A DNA stretch of 64,000 bases from an uncultured Candidatus Saccharibacteria bacterium (GCA_964494105.1 CAZBQI010000001.1:3126-67125), one strand, 5' to 3'; numbered from the stretch's first letter, positions 18,833-26,955 are shown. The notes: generated by a model from the letters alone, not told the origin. Program-made: numbers and translations.

Positions 18833-20611
18833 TTAACGAATAGGAGCAACTGGCGGAATAGGTGGTGCGGGTGGTGGTGGGCCAACTGGTGGTGCGGGTG
18901 GTGCTGGAGCTGGGCCAGGTGGCGGTGGCGGGAGTGGTCCGGGCGGTGGCGGTCCGGCCGCGCCTGGTTGTTCTTTTGATATTCTTGTTGCCGTCGATAC
19001 GCCATCGGCGGTAGATGGCGCGTAGCCAGATCGCTTTAGCCCTACGGTATCTGTATCGAGTGCCCCACTGCCACGCAGTGTTGTTTCTAGCGCTATATTG
19101 GTTTGAGCGCTGTGGTAGTTACCCCACGTAGTTGCCATATCATTTAGTCGGCCTAAGCGAATAGCATCACCGCTAGCTTGAGCATCTTGGATTTCAGGTG
19201 CCAGAAATTGTGGCATCAAATCACCGGTAGACGTTTTGGCTCGCTGGATGTCGCCGGTGGTTAGCTGTGTCATGTCGCGCCTAAATTTATCTGCCCCCTC
19301 CGGCTCGGTCCAGTTATGGATAGTGCCGGTATTATCCATTGTGGTACCCAAAGAGGCTTCAAATTGCCCTTGCCCCTTGGCTGCTTCTTGAACTGTGCGA
19401 AAAACACTGGCTCGGGCACTGCGGTCTTCGATATCGTTAAGTCCATGAACGGCATCGGCGCTAATTCTGCCCTGTGAAGCTACTGCGATAGCCGCGGCGG
19501 ATGTTCGGCCCTCGCGGGTCATCTTTACAGAGTGAGCCAAGTTAAGCTGGTCTAGGGCAACTTGTTGATCGTGTGGGTCTAAGTGTTGAGCTCGCACGTA
19601 GGCTTCGGCTGCGTCAATATCACCATGGCTAGCAGTGATTGCATTCAACGCGTGATGATTATTAATTCCAGCTTCGTTCAGTTCTTTTGCCCCATGAAGC
19701 GAGTGTTGCAGATGGGCGGCACTACGCTTAGCCCTACCTTTATCAGTAACTCCAAATCGGCCAGTGCCAATTTGGCCCATTCGGTTCATGAATCGACCAC
19801 GACGGGTATCGGTGTTAAATCTTGTGCCGTGCCGGCTTTCGGCAGCTTGGTTCTTGGTAGTGTCCCAAGCCCATTTTTGTGCCGGAGCAGCCATTTTTTT
19901 GCCGGCGTTAGTGACGGCACTACTAATGCCGTTTATTAATGAGCCGGCAAAGCGGAAAGTAAATGGAATAGCAACCAGAGGTGCTACTAAACAGCCAAGA
20001 GCGATTACGGCAAGGATTATTTCTTCAAATGTGCCGGAACTGCCACTGCCCACTTGGGTAACAACCGAAACCGAAACAATCGCCGATACCACATAAAGCG
20101 CATTGATAATTGGGAACATCAGTAAAATCCGCAGGAGTACACTAAACCATTGCTTGGCGTATTTTTCGGTATTGGGCAGTACCCACAAAAGCATCGCAAT
20201 TGGCGACACAATTACCAGGGCAATGATAATAACCTGCCGAATCACCAGGGTTATTAGCACCGAAAATATCATTGGTAAAATCATCAGCGCTAGTGCCAGT
20301 GCGAGCGCCGGAAACAGCGCTACGGCTGCAATACCGCCAAGTAACACCGACAATGCACCACCAATGCCGGCGATCGAACCTGCATCAATACCATCAATAT
20401 TTAGTGCATCAACAATTGCTCTGGCTATATCGGCCGGGCTACTGCCATTGGTGCTAACACCCGGTACAACGGCAAAAAGCCCACGAATTCCCTGTCCCGC
20501 GACGTTGGTGAAGTCGATCATGAATTGACATAAATAGATAGAAAGCTGAATAGCAATCACGGCAATTATTAGCCGAGGGAGCATTTTCTTTATGGCATAA
20601 GCGTCTAACAT
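18833..20611 (-). CDS. Polytopic membrane protein, VirB6/TrbL-like T4SS channel component candidate, with poly-proline C-terminal tail
   Basis: 592 aa; at least 6 predicted TM helices in the first 250 aa (LIIAVIAIQLSIYLCQF, AVALFPALALALALMILPMIFSVLITLVI, IIIALVIVSPIAMLLWVL, ILLMFPIINALYVVSAIVSV, ILAVIALGCLVAPLVAIPF); C-terminus GPPPPGPLPPPPPGPAPAPPAPPVGPPPPAPPIPP. Confidence 0.5.
   Translation of the reverse strand: MLDAYAIKKMLPRLIIAVIAIQLSIYLCQFMIDFTNVAGQGIRGLFAVVPGVSTNGSSPADIARAIVDALNIDGIDAGSIAGIGGALSVLLGGIAAVALFPALALALALMILPMIFSVLITLVIRQVIIIALVIVSPIAMLLWVLPNTEKYAKQWFSVLLRILLMFPIINALYVVSAIVSVSVVTQVGSGSSGTFEEIILAVIALGCLVAPLVAIPFTFRFAGSLINGISSAVTNAGKKMAAPAQKWAWDTTKNQAAESRHGTRFNTDTRRGRFMNRMGQIGTGRFGVTDKGRAKRSAAHLQHSLHGAKELNEAGINNHHALNAITASHGDIDAAEAYVRAQHLDPHDQQVALDQLNLAHSVKMTREGRTSAAAIAVASQGRISADAVHGLNDIEDRSARASVFRTVQEAAKGQGQFEASLGTTMDNTGTIHNWTEPEGADKFRRDMTQLTTGDIQRAKTSTGDLMPQFLAPEIQDAQASGDAIRLGRLNDMATTWGNYHSAQTNIALETTLRGSGALDTDTVGLKRSGYAPSTADGVSTATRISKEQPGAAGPPPPGPLPPPPPGPAPAPPAPPVGPPPPAPPIPPVAPIR
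18846..18965. repeat. GC-rich GGTGGYG-type low-complexity repeat encoding the poly-Pro tail (source of spurious overlapping ORFs 18724-19005/18737-18979)
   Basis: ggtggtgcgggtggtggtgg...ggtggcggtggcggg read directly. Confidence 0.7.
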
Positions 20612-20699
20612 ATTTCACCTTTGGTGGAATATAAAGCATCAACAAACAAACCCCAATATTCAAACAAATTCCAATTTCGAAATTTCAAGTCCACAAACA

Positions 20700-21107
20700 T
20701 CATTGGCTTTTTACTACGATTGCGTTAAATATTTTTACTAATTCTATAGCTTCTCGTTGCAGAACAGTCACCGTAGATTCTAACTCCCTTGGTGTGTCCA
20801 AAAGCCTTAGCCAATAACCGCTTTCTTTTGCTTCTTTTCTAGATATTTTTACTCGCATTACAAAGTCTTTCTTGCTAAGCGATTCATTTGCCTCTATATT
20901 ATTTGCGCCAACAGACCCAGATGAACGTACAAGCTGTTTGCAATCTTCAATATTTGCAGTTGTTTTTGAGAGTTTTTTTACAAGCGCACGGCAATCTTGT
21001 GCAAAACTGAATGTTCTTTCTTCTAAATCATATTGTTTACTATTTTGAACATTGGAGTTTAAGACTTGTTTGCTATTTGGAGTTTGAGTTTTGGAATTTG
21101 TGATCAT
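20700..21107 (-). CDS. Four-helix-bundle protein (TIGR02436-like; the family often encoded within 23S rRNA intervening sequences)
   Basis: 135 aa; SFAQDCRALVKKL..SSGSVGANNIEANES..KDFVMRVKISRKEAKESGYWLRLL matches the conserved core of this family. Confidence 0.65.
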   Translation of the reverse strand: MITNSKTQTPNSKQVLNSNVQNSKQYDLEERTFSFAQDCRALVKKLSKTTANIEDCKQLVRSSGSVGANNIEANESLSKKDFVMRVKISRKEAKESGYWLRLLDTPRELESTVTVLQREAIELVKIFNAIVVKSQ

Positions 21108-21109
21108 CT

Positions 21110-22339
21110 TTAGCTCTTGCCTCCGGTAGCCTGGGAATAAATGATAATTATAAATACCAGTACCAGCCCGACATTAGCCAGGTCGCGGAAACCTTTCCAA
21201 CTACGGTAAGCCGGATTACCCTGCTGAACTACCTTGGGGTCGGTAAGCAGTAAGTCTTCGATAACGGTACCGGTTTTGTCGAGGGCATCACGGACGAGCC
21301 GAATGGTCCCACAAATTATCCACGTTAAGCCCGATTCGGCATCGCAGTTTTCATCGTCGTCGCGTCCACCACCACCGCCACCACCATCTGCGCCAGTGCC
21401 ACTCCCGACGCCGTCACTTGAAGTGTCGCCAGGGCTATCTTCTGCTGCGATTACAGTATCGTATTCATTGCCTCCACCAATATCACTGACTTTAAAAGTT
21501 TGCTTTCCATTAATTGCTGTCATATCTGTTTTCTTAGCAGCGCGGCTCCCATCTTGGACTTTTAAAAATTGGTCACCGCCACAATCGTCCCGAATATAAC
21601 GGCCATCAGACCCGCTGTCTGAACACCAAACAAAGTCTTCTGTTCCACCTAGAAGCGATATAGCCGTATCTATACCTTCATTGTAGGCATAGGAAATATT
21701 GAAATTATCAAGCGCGCTTTGGTCAAGCAAGCCTGCGACACTTACCTTGCTCACATCGGGCGTATCAGTGCCCTGTTCCTCCCATTTGCTAAATCGTGGG
21801 CCTGAATCGGTAAAAATTACTCTGGTAGAAGCATCAATATCTTGCCAAAAACTATCATTGACCTCGATGGCTACTTCAATGTCGCGCATTCTATCGATAA
21901 TTGTTGCGGCAACGATGCGCTTGTCGTAATAATTGTTATTATTAAAGTCTATATCTTCATTTAAAGCATCGGCAAACTCATTAATGCGGCTCTCGCGATT
22001 GTCACCTTCTATGTCATATTGAATATTAATTTCTTGCCCATCCCAGTCAGAATCTATATACTCCCCGGCGAAAATGTCTTCAAATGTTTTTTCTTGCCCG
22101 CCATCGGTAAAGGCCGGGTTATCACTGCCGGCGTCAAAATTAAGCTTTAAGTGCGAGCGGTTAATGAATTTGATTTTACCCCTTTCAAACCAACTGGCAG
22201 GTCCATGTCTGCTTGTTAGCGGAACAGGTTTTATGTCTTCTGCATTAGCGGCACGCACTGACGCATAGGGCGCAAATAGGCTAGCAACAGCGAATACCAA
22301 TAGTATTAATGAAAACAGCAAGTTTTTGGTTCTAGTCAT
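21110..22339 (-). CDS. Secreted acidic/Gly-rich protein with N-terminal signal peptide and C-terminal hydrophobic anchor; hypothetical surface protein
   Basis: 409 aa; LLFSLILLVFAVASLFAPYASVRA signal; poly-Gly GSGTGADGGGGGGGRDDDE; C-terminal VGLVLVFIIIIY. Confidence 0.55.
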   Translation of the reverse strand: MTRTKNLLFSLILLVFAVASLFAPYASVRAANAEDIKPVPLTSRHGPASWFERGKIKFINRSHLKLNFDAGSDNPAFTDGGQEKTFEDIFAGEYIDSDWDGQEINIQYDIEGDNRESRINEFADALNEDIDFNNNNYYDKRIVAATIIDRMRDIEVAIEVNDSFWQDIDASTRVIFTDSGPRFSKWEEQGTDTPDVSKVSVAGLLDQSALDNFNISYAYNEGIDTAISLLGGTEDFVWCSDSGSDGRYIRDDCGGDQFLKVQDGSRAAKKTDMTAINGKQTFKVSDIGGGNEYDTVIAAEDSPGDTSSDGVGSGTGADGGGGGGGRDDDENCDAESGLTWIICGTIRLVRDALDKTGTVIEDLLLTDPKVVQQGNPAYRSWKGFRDLANVGLVLVFIIIIYSQATGGKS

Positions 22340-22444
22340 TTTGCTTTTGCTTTTGCCTCACCCATTTAACTCTACGAGCCTAATTTTATACTATTTTGCT
22401 TTACAAGTATAAGTGGGAATTGTGATATTTTTCAGATGTTACTA

Positions 22445-23239
22445 TTAAGCAGAAAAATCGTCACTTGGGTCTTGATGTGTTTCGGTATAAATCGTCGTGC
22501 CGGTTTCTTCGTCGAGCCTCAGGGTTGTAATTGATATCACCGGCCCATCAGTTGCAAGGATATCGCCATAAAAACCACTTGCGCTCAGGCTTCCTGGCGT
22601 AGCTGTTCGTCGCACTAAGTGTGAGCTATAAAGTGCTCGCACCATAAGCTCACCGGGGTTTCCTGGCAAAACAGCAAAATCATCATTTGGGCCATCAACA
22701 TTATCTGGGTCATCTTTGCCGTCAAGCAAGAATTCCGGGCGGACAAAGAATGGGTACGTCGCAGCAAATTCTACATGTGTCGGGTTTAAATCAGCTACAG
22801 ATACGCCAAAAACCGCCGCTAACAATTCGGGGCTACGCAAGTTAATGGCAGCGTAATGATTATTTATGGCTGCCATCGCAGCTTGAACCGGGTCTGAGGT
22901 GTCTACCTCTGAAAGTGTAACTGGATAATCTGTTTCGCGGAGCAAAGCTTTCTCGTTTTCGGATAAAGTGCTGGATGCTATAGCTACTTCCCTGGCTTCT
23001 GGTGTCGCTTCTACCCGGCTAGACACTAATGGTTCAAGTGGTGCACTCTCTTCGCTATCTTGGCTTCTCTCAAACAGAGTGTATCCACCCAAAGCGGCGC
23101 CACCAATACCAATTAATGCGCCGGTTGTGCCAAGCCCAATAAGAAAGTGTCGCCGTGTCATATCTGGTGCCGTGGGTTCGGTACCATCAAAACGATGTGG
23201 GCCAATGTCGGGGGCGCCAGGTGTTGTTGCGATAGCCAT
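22445..23239 (-). CDS. Tat-signal (twin-arginine) exported hypothetical protein
   Basis: 264 aa; MTRRHFLIGLGTTGALIGIGGAALG matches the S/T-RRxFLK Tat motif followed by a hydrophobic h-region. Confidence 0.55.
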   Translation of the reverse strand: MAIATTPGAPDIGPHRFDGTEPTAPDMTRRHFLIGLGTTGALIGIGGAALGGYTLFERSQDSEESAPLEPLVSSRVEATPEAREVAIASSTLSENEKALLRETDYPVTLSEVDTSDPVQAAMAAINNHYAAINLRSPELLAAVFGVSVADLNPTHVEFAATYPFFVRPEFLLDGKDDPDNVDGPNDDFAVLPGNPGELMVRALYSSHLVRRTATPGSLSASGFYGDILATDGPVISITTLRLDEETGTTIYTETHQDPSDDFSA

Positions 23240-23314
23240 AAAAGTTGCCTTTTTACACGAAAACTATACCATTATCACAAATAAAATGCAAGCACATATT
23301 TGTCAATAACATTT

Positions 23315-23325
23315 TAAGCTATAAT
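23315..23325 (+). promoter_or_regulatory. Extended -10 element TAAGCTATAAT upstream of the first pilin paralog (possible -35 TTGTCA at 23300-23305, 14-nt spacer)
   Basis: Consensus TATAAT at 23320-23325; identical 11-mer recurs upstream of the sixth pilin paralog at 25867-25877. Confidence 0.45.
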
Positions 23326-23344
23326 ATGGTAAGAAAGATAGCTT

Positions 23345-23767
23345 ATGCTTAAAACCACAAATCAAAAATCTTTCATTTTTGCGCTCATCGGTCTAGCCAT
23401 TGTTAGCTGTTTTTTGCTGGCCACGTTAGTTAGTTCTTCTTTTGTCGTGGCTGCGCCCACACCGACCCCCGTCGGGGGTTCAGCTAGTGGTTGCACCGAG
23501 TTGGCGATTGATGTGGGTGCGGCAGCTTGTGGGAAAAATCGACTGATGAAATATATAACCGCTTTGGTGCGGTTTCTTTCGCTGGGGGTTGGAATAATCG
23601 TAGTGATTATGATTATTGTGGGTGGCATTCAATACACTAGCTCTGGCGGTGATGCTGGGGCGGTAGCAGCAGCCAAGAGCAGGATATTTAATGCTATTTT
23701 GGCACTGCTGTTGTATATTTTTACCATTGCCATATTAAACTGGCTGGTCCCAGGGGGAATAGTTTAA
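23345..23767 (+). CDS. VirB2/TrbC-like T4SS pilin paralog 1 (signal peptide, Cys pair, C-terminal 2-TM hairpin)
   Basis: 140 aa; CTELAIDVGAAAC; C-terminal GVGIIVVIMIIVGGIQYTSSGGDAGAVAAAKSRIFNAILALLLYIFTIAI = two hydrophobic helices around a GG loop. Confidence 0.55.
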   Translation: MLKTTNQKSFIFALIGLAIVSCFLLATLVSSSFVVAAPTPTPVGGSASGCTELAIDVGAAACGKNRLMKYITALVRFLSLGVGIIVVIMIIVGGIQYTSSGGDAGAVAAAKSRIFNAILALLLYIFTIAILNWLVPGGIV

Positions 23768-23835
23768 ATGTGTATTATATTTGCGTATCGATTGCAATTA
23801 ACTGAGATGATACCTGGCTTAAGGAATAGTTTTAC

Positions 23836-24603
23836 ATGAAAACAGCTCAAAAAATCTATCTCTTATTAGTGATAAGTGCTTTTACATTTGGCATGAGTTT
23901 TGTTTCTAGTTTTATCTCTAGCCCGCCTGTAAAAGCTGCTTCGGAGCTACAATTTCACTTCTTTTGTCGTAGTGGCGCCGCAGTAGTCAAAGAAACAGTC
24001 AGTGGTGGCACAGCAATAAAATGTGAAGACGGCTCTGCTCTTGGTAGGCACATTGGTGATGACGAGGAAAATATATTCACCACTTTTAATGTCGAATGCG
24101 CCAGAGGTACACCCAATTTAGATTCGGTTTCTAATATATTTAGCTGTGATGGTGGCGGGGGTGCTGAACCACAGGTAACAAAAGTAGATGATGATAGTGC
24201 AGGCCAGCCACCACCTGGCTCTGGAGGTGGCTCTGGTGGAGGTGGTTCTGGCGGCGGATCTGGAGGCGGTGGTACCAGTGGCGTTTGTGGTAGTGGCGAC
24301 ATGTTATTTGGAATAATTCCAACTTGGTACAAGTACCTGGAGTTTTCACCCGATTGCACAGTAATAATAAGCAAGATAGATGACTTTTTAAAAATCGGCG
24401 GGGCGGTAATTGAAATTGTGCTACGTCTGGGGGCAATAGCGGCTATCGGGTTCATCATCTTTGGTGGTTTTCGCTTTGTTACTAGCATGGGCGACCCCGA
24501 AGGCATCAAAAACGCGCGGAATACCATCATTAATGCTGTAATTGGTTTGGCTTTAATGATTCTTTCTACCACTATCGTTAGCTTTATAGCGGGGAGGCTG
24601 TAA
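23836..24603 (+). CDS. VirB2/TrbC-like pilin paralog 2 with long variable region and Gly/Ser linker
   Basis: 255 aa; signal peptide; GSGGGSGGGGSGGGSGGGGTSG linker; C-terminal AIAAIGFIIFGGFRFVTSMGDPEGIKNARNTIINAVIGLALMIL. Confidence 0.55.
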   Translation: MKTAQKIYLLLVISAFTFGMSFVSSFISSPPVKAASELQFHFFCRSGAAVVKETVSGGTAIKCEDGSALGRHIGDDEENIFTTFNVECARGTPNLDSVSNIFSCDGGGGAEPQVTKVDDDSAGQPPPGSGGGSGGGGSGGGSGGGGTSGVCGSGDMLFGIIPTWYKYLEFSPDCTVIISKIDDFLKIGGAVIEIVLRLGAIAAIGFIIFGGFRFVTSMGDPEGIKNARNTIINAVIGLALMILSTTIVSFIAGRL

Positions 24604-24890
24604 TGTTTGAAAACACAATTTTTTATACGCTTGCCCAGCTAAGGGGTGCGCATGGGTTGCCGAACCCCGACACATCTAACGTGCTCGAGACCGTGCTTAA
24701 GACTTCTTTTGTAATAATTGGGGCGCTCGCAGTGATATTTGTAATTATTGGCGGGTTTCAATACGTTCTGTCGGGTGGCAATCCGAATAATACCAGTCGG
24801 GCCAAAGAGACAATTATCTATGCCATTGTGGGTTTGGTGGTTTCGCTTCTGGCATTTAGCATAGTAGACTTTGTGGTAGGAAAAGTATGA
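24603..24890 (+). CDS. VirB2/TrbC-like pilin paralog 3 (short form)
   Basis: 95 aa; FVIIGALAVIFVIIGGFQYVLSGGNPNNTSRAKETIIYAIVGLVVSLLAF; start overlaps the preceding stop (ATGA...). Confidence 0.55.
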   Translation: MFENTIFYTLAQLRGAHGLPNPDTSNVLETVLKTSFVIIGALAVIFVIIGGFQYVLSGGNPNNTSRAKETIIYAIVGLVVSLLAFSIVDFVVGKV

Positions 24891-25261
24891 AAAAAGCAGT
24901 GATAGCCTTATTCGTTCTAGTGATTGCCGGTGCGCTTTCGCTGGGTTCTGTATGGGCCGACACCAAAACCGAGGTTTGCGAAGGGCTTAAGCAAGGTAGT
25001 CCGAGCGTACAGTGCGATCCGGATAGCTCCGATAAGATTATTGTTGATACAATTGATAAGGTTTTAGGGGTGTTGTCGTTTGCAATTGGGGCGCTCTCGG
25101 TATTGATGATAATCTTTGGTGGGTTTCGCTACGTTGTCTCGGGTGGTGACAGCTCGGGGGTAGAAGGCGCGAAAAATACCATATTGTACGCCATTGTTGG
25201 TTTAGTTATTGCCTTTTTGGCGCGGCCGATAATCGTTTTCGTGATTGGGTGGTTTGTTTAA
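24887..25261 (+). CDS. VirB2/TrbC-like pilin paralog 4
   Basis: 124 aa; signal peptide; CEGLKQGSPSVQC; LSVLMIIFGGFRYVVSGGDSSGVEGAKNTILYAIVGLVIAFL. Confidence 0.6.
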   Translation: MKKAVIALFVLVIAGALSLGSVWADTKTEVCEGLKQGSPSVQCDPDSSDKIIVDTIDKVLGVLSFAIGALSVLMIIFGGFRYVVSGGDSSGVEGAKNTILYAIVGLVIAFLARPIIVFVIGWFV

Positions 25262-25843
25262 ATGAAGTTACTTACTGCTGTTTGTTGCCTGATGTTTTTT
25301 GGTTTATTCGTGATGAGTATGCCGGTATTTGCCCAGGACAGAAAAATAACCCCTCGACCAGGTGCTACAACTCCTGCACCTGAGGCAACTCCGGGCGTAC
25401 CCGAAGCAACCCCACCAGCAAGTGGTGGCGGAGGTTCAGGTAGCGGTAGCGGAAGCGGAAGTGGCGGAGGCAGTACTAATCCCTTTGCTGCCGAAATTTG
25501 CGAAGGCGCCAAGAATGGCGCCGGCAGTGATTGTTCCGGCTCGTCTTTTCTAAAAGGCCTAAAGAATATTGCCAATATTATCTTGTTTCTAATTGGGGCG
25601 GTAGCGGTAATAATGATAATTATCGGCGGGTTTCGCTATGTTGTCTCGGGTGGTGACAGCTCGGGGGTGGAAGGCGCGAAAAACACCATATTGTACGCTG
25701 TGATTGGCCTAATAGTGGCGGCGCTTTCTTTTGCGATTGTAAATTTCGTTATAACATCAATTTCCGGTTCCGGTAGTGGCGGGGGGACCGGGAGTACACC
25801 GGGTAGCTCAAGCGGACCACCCGGGGGGTCCAGTGGACCATAA
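25262..25843 (+). CDS. VirB2/TrbC-like pilin paralog 5 with Gly/Ser linkers on both sides of the pilin core
   Basis: 193 aa; signal peptide; SGGGGSGSGSGSGSGGGS; CEGAKNGAGSDC; VAVIMIIIGGFRYVVSGGDSSGVEGAKNTILYAVIGLIVAAL; C-terminal SGSGSGGGTGSTPGSSSGPPGGSSGP. Confidence 0.6.
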   Translation: MKLLTAVCCLMFFGLFVMSMPVFAQDRKITPRPGATTPAPEATPGVPEATPPASGGGGSGSGSGSGSGGGSTNPFAAEICEGAKNGAGSDCSGSSFLKGLKNIANIILFLIGAVAVIMIIIGGFRYVVSGGDSSGVEGAKNTILYAVIGLIVAALSFAIVNFVITSISGSGSGGGTGSTPGSSSGPPGGSSGP

Positions 25844-25847
25844 GGTG

Positions 25848-25877
25848 TTGCATATCAGCAAAAGCATAAGCTATAAT
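25848..25877 (+). promoter_or_regulatory. Sigma70-like promoter (TTGCAT -35 at 25848-25853, 18-nt spacer, TATAAT -10 at 25872-25877 within TAAGCTATAAT) for pilin paralog 6; RBS AAGGAG at 25888-25893, GTG start
   Basis: Read directly from sequence. Confidence 0.5.
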
Positions 25878-25901
25878 GTTTTTAAATAAGGAGTACTTAC
25901 A

Positions 25902-26333
25902 GTGAAAGCCCTAAAAAATAAAATCTCGAAATTGCTTACTATAACCGCCAGCGCCGGTATTTTCTTTATGTTGTTATTCGCCCCGGTGTTTGCACAGGAT
26001 GTAGCATGCGATCCAACAACCGGCTCTAGCGGCCTGCAGAACGGCGCCAACTGTGCTCAAGCGTCGGGTACCTCAGATCAATTGTTCGGTGAAGACGGTC
26101 TGTTTAAGAAGGTCAGTAATATCTTGGTCTTCTTGGTGGGTGCGGTATCGGTTATCATGCTGATTATCGGTGGTTTTCGCTATGTGGTCTCGGGTGGCGA
26201 CAGCTCAGGGGTGGAAAGCGCGAAAAACACCATCCTCTATGCCATCGTTGGTATTGTGGTGGCGTTTCTGTCATATGCCGCCGTCAACTTCGTTATCGGT
26301 GGACTTTCTAATACTACCGGCGCTGGCGGTTAA
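25902..26333 (+). CDS. VirB2/TrbC-like pilin paralog 6 (GTG start)
   Basis: 143 aa; signal peptide; CDPTTGSSGLQNGANC; VSVIMLIIGGFRYVVSGGDSSGVESAKNTILYAIVGIVVAFL. Confidence 0.6.
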   Translation: MKALKNKISKLLTITASAGIFFMLLFAPVFAQDVACDPTTGSSGLQNGANCAQASGTSDQLFGEDGLFKKVSNILVFLVGAVSVIMLIIGGFRYVVSGGDSSGVESAKNTILYAIVGIVVAFLSYAAVNFVIGGLSNTTGAGG

Positions 26334-26375
26334 GCAAACCTTTTGACTCGCGTCCATCGCTTGAACGCTATTATA

Positions 26376-26408
26376 TAAAAAAACCCCGCCAAATTTGGCG
26401 GGGTTTTT
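26376..26408. terminator. Bidirectional rho-independent terminator between the pilin array (+) and hsp20 (-)
   Basis: aaaaaaccccgccaaatttggcggggttttt: 7-bp GC stem flanked by A-tract and T-tract. Confidence 0.8.
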
Positions 26409-26433
26409 AGTTGCAAAGTGAATTTTGCCTTGG

Positions 26434-26955
26434 CTAGTCCTTGATGGCAATTTTCTTTACTTTGTCTTGTTCTGTTTTGGGGATGCGCACCGTCAGCATG
26501 CCATCTTTTAGTTCGGCTTCGGCTCGCTCCTCTTTTACCTGAACTGGCAAAATAATCGAACGCGAGAATTCACCCCAATAGCATTCTTGTACAAAAAAGT
26601 CTCCGGCTTGAACATCTTGGCTAGAGCTTCGTTTACCCCGCACAGTGAGAGTGTTCTCAACAATGCTTAGGTCGATGTCGCCCTTAGCTACGCCGGGAAC
26701 CGGCGCTACAACGTAGATGTCCTCTTTGGTTTGGTATACATCAACTGCAAGCTGGCCGGGTACTTCGGTGTCTTCGAAGAAATCATCACTACTGCTGGCG
26801 GTATCTGCTTCTGCTTCGTCGACTACGCTTGTGTCGTCATCGTCGTCATCGTTTAAAAAGTCATCGTCTAACTGATCCATAAATAAATCGTCATCGTCTT
26901 TGGTTTTTTGTGCCACGAGGTGCCTCCTTTGTCTATGCAACAATATTTTGTGCAA
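26434..26955 (-). CDS. Hsp20/alpha-crystallin family small heat-shock protein with highly acidic N-terminal extension
   Basis: 173 aa; alpha-crystallin core LAVDVYQTKEDIYVVAPVPGVAKGDIDLSIVENTLTVRGKR..AELKDGMLTVRIPK; N-terminal DDDDLFMDQLDDDFLNDDDDDD. Confidence 0.85.
   Translation of the reverse strand: MHKILLHRQRRHLVAQKTKDDDDLFMDQLDDDFLNDDDDDDTSVVDEAEADTASSSDDFFEDTEVPGQLAVDVYQTKEDIYVVAPVPGVAKGDIDLSIVENTLTVRGKRSSSQDVQAGDFFVQECYWGEFSRSIILPVQVKEERAEAELKDGMLTVRIPKTEQDKVKKIAIKD

Noticed and set aside
18724-19005. Overlapping ORFs (93 aa minus, 80 aa plus) rich in His/Trp/Arg
   Set aside because: Alternative-frame translations of the GC-rich GGTGGYG repeat that encodes the poly-Pro tail of the VirB6-like protein.
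23362-24572. Antisense ORFs (88, 205, 98 aa) opposite the pilin genes
   Set aside because: Generated by Gly/Ser codon repeats (GGTGGC...) of the pilin linkers; Pro-rich nonsense translations with no start context.
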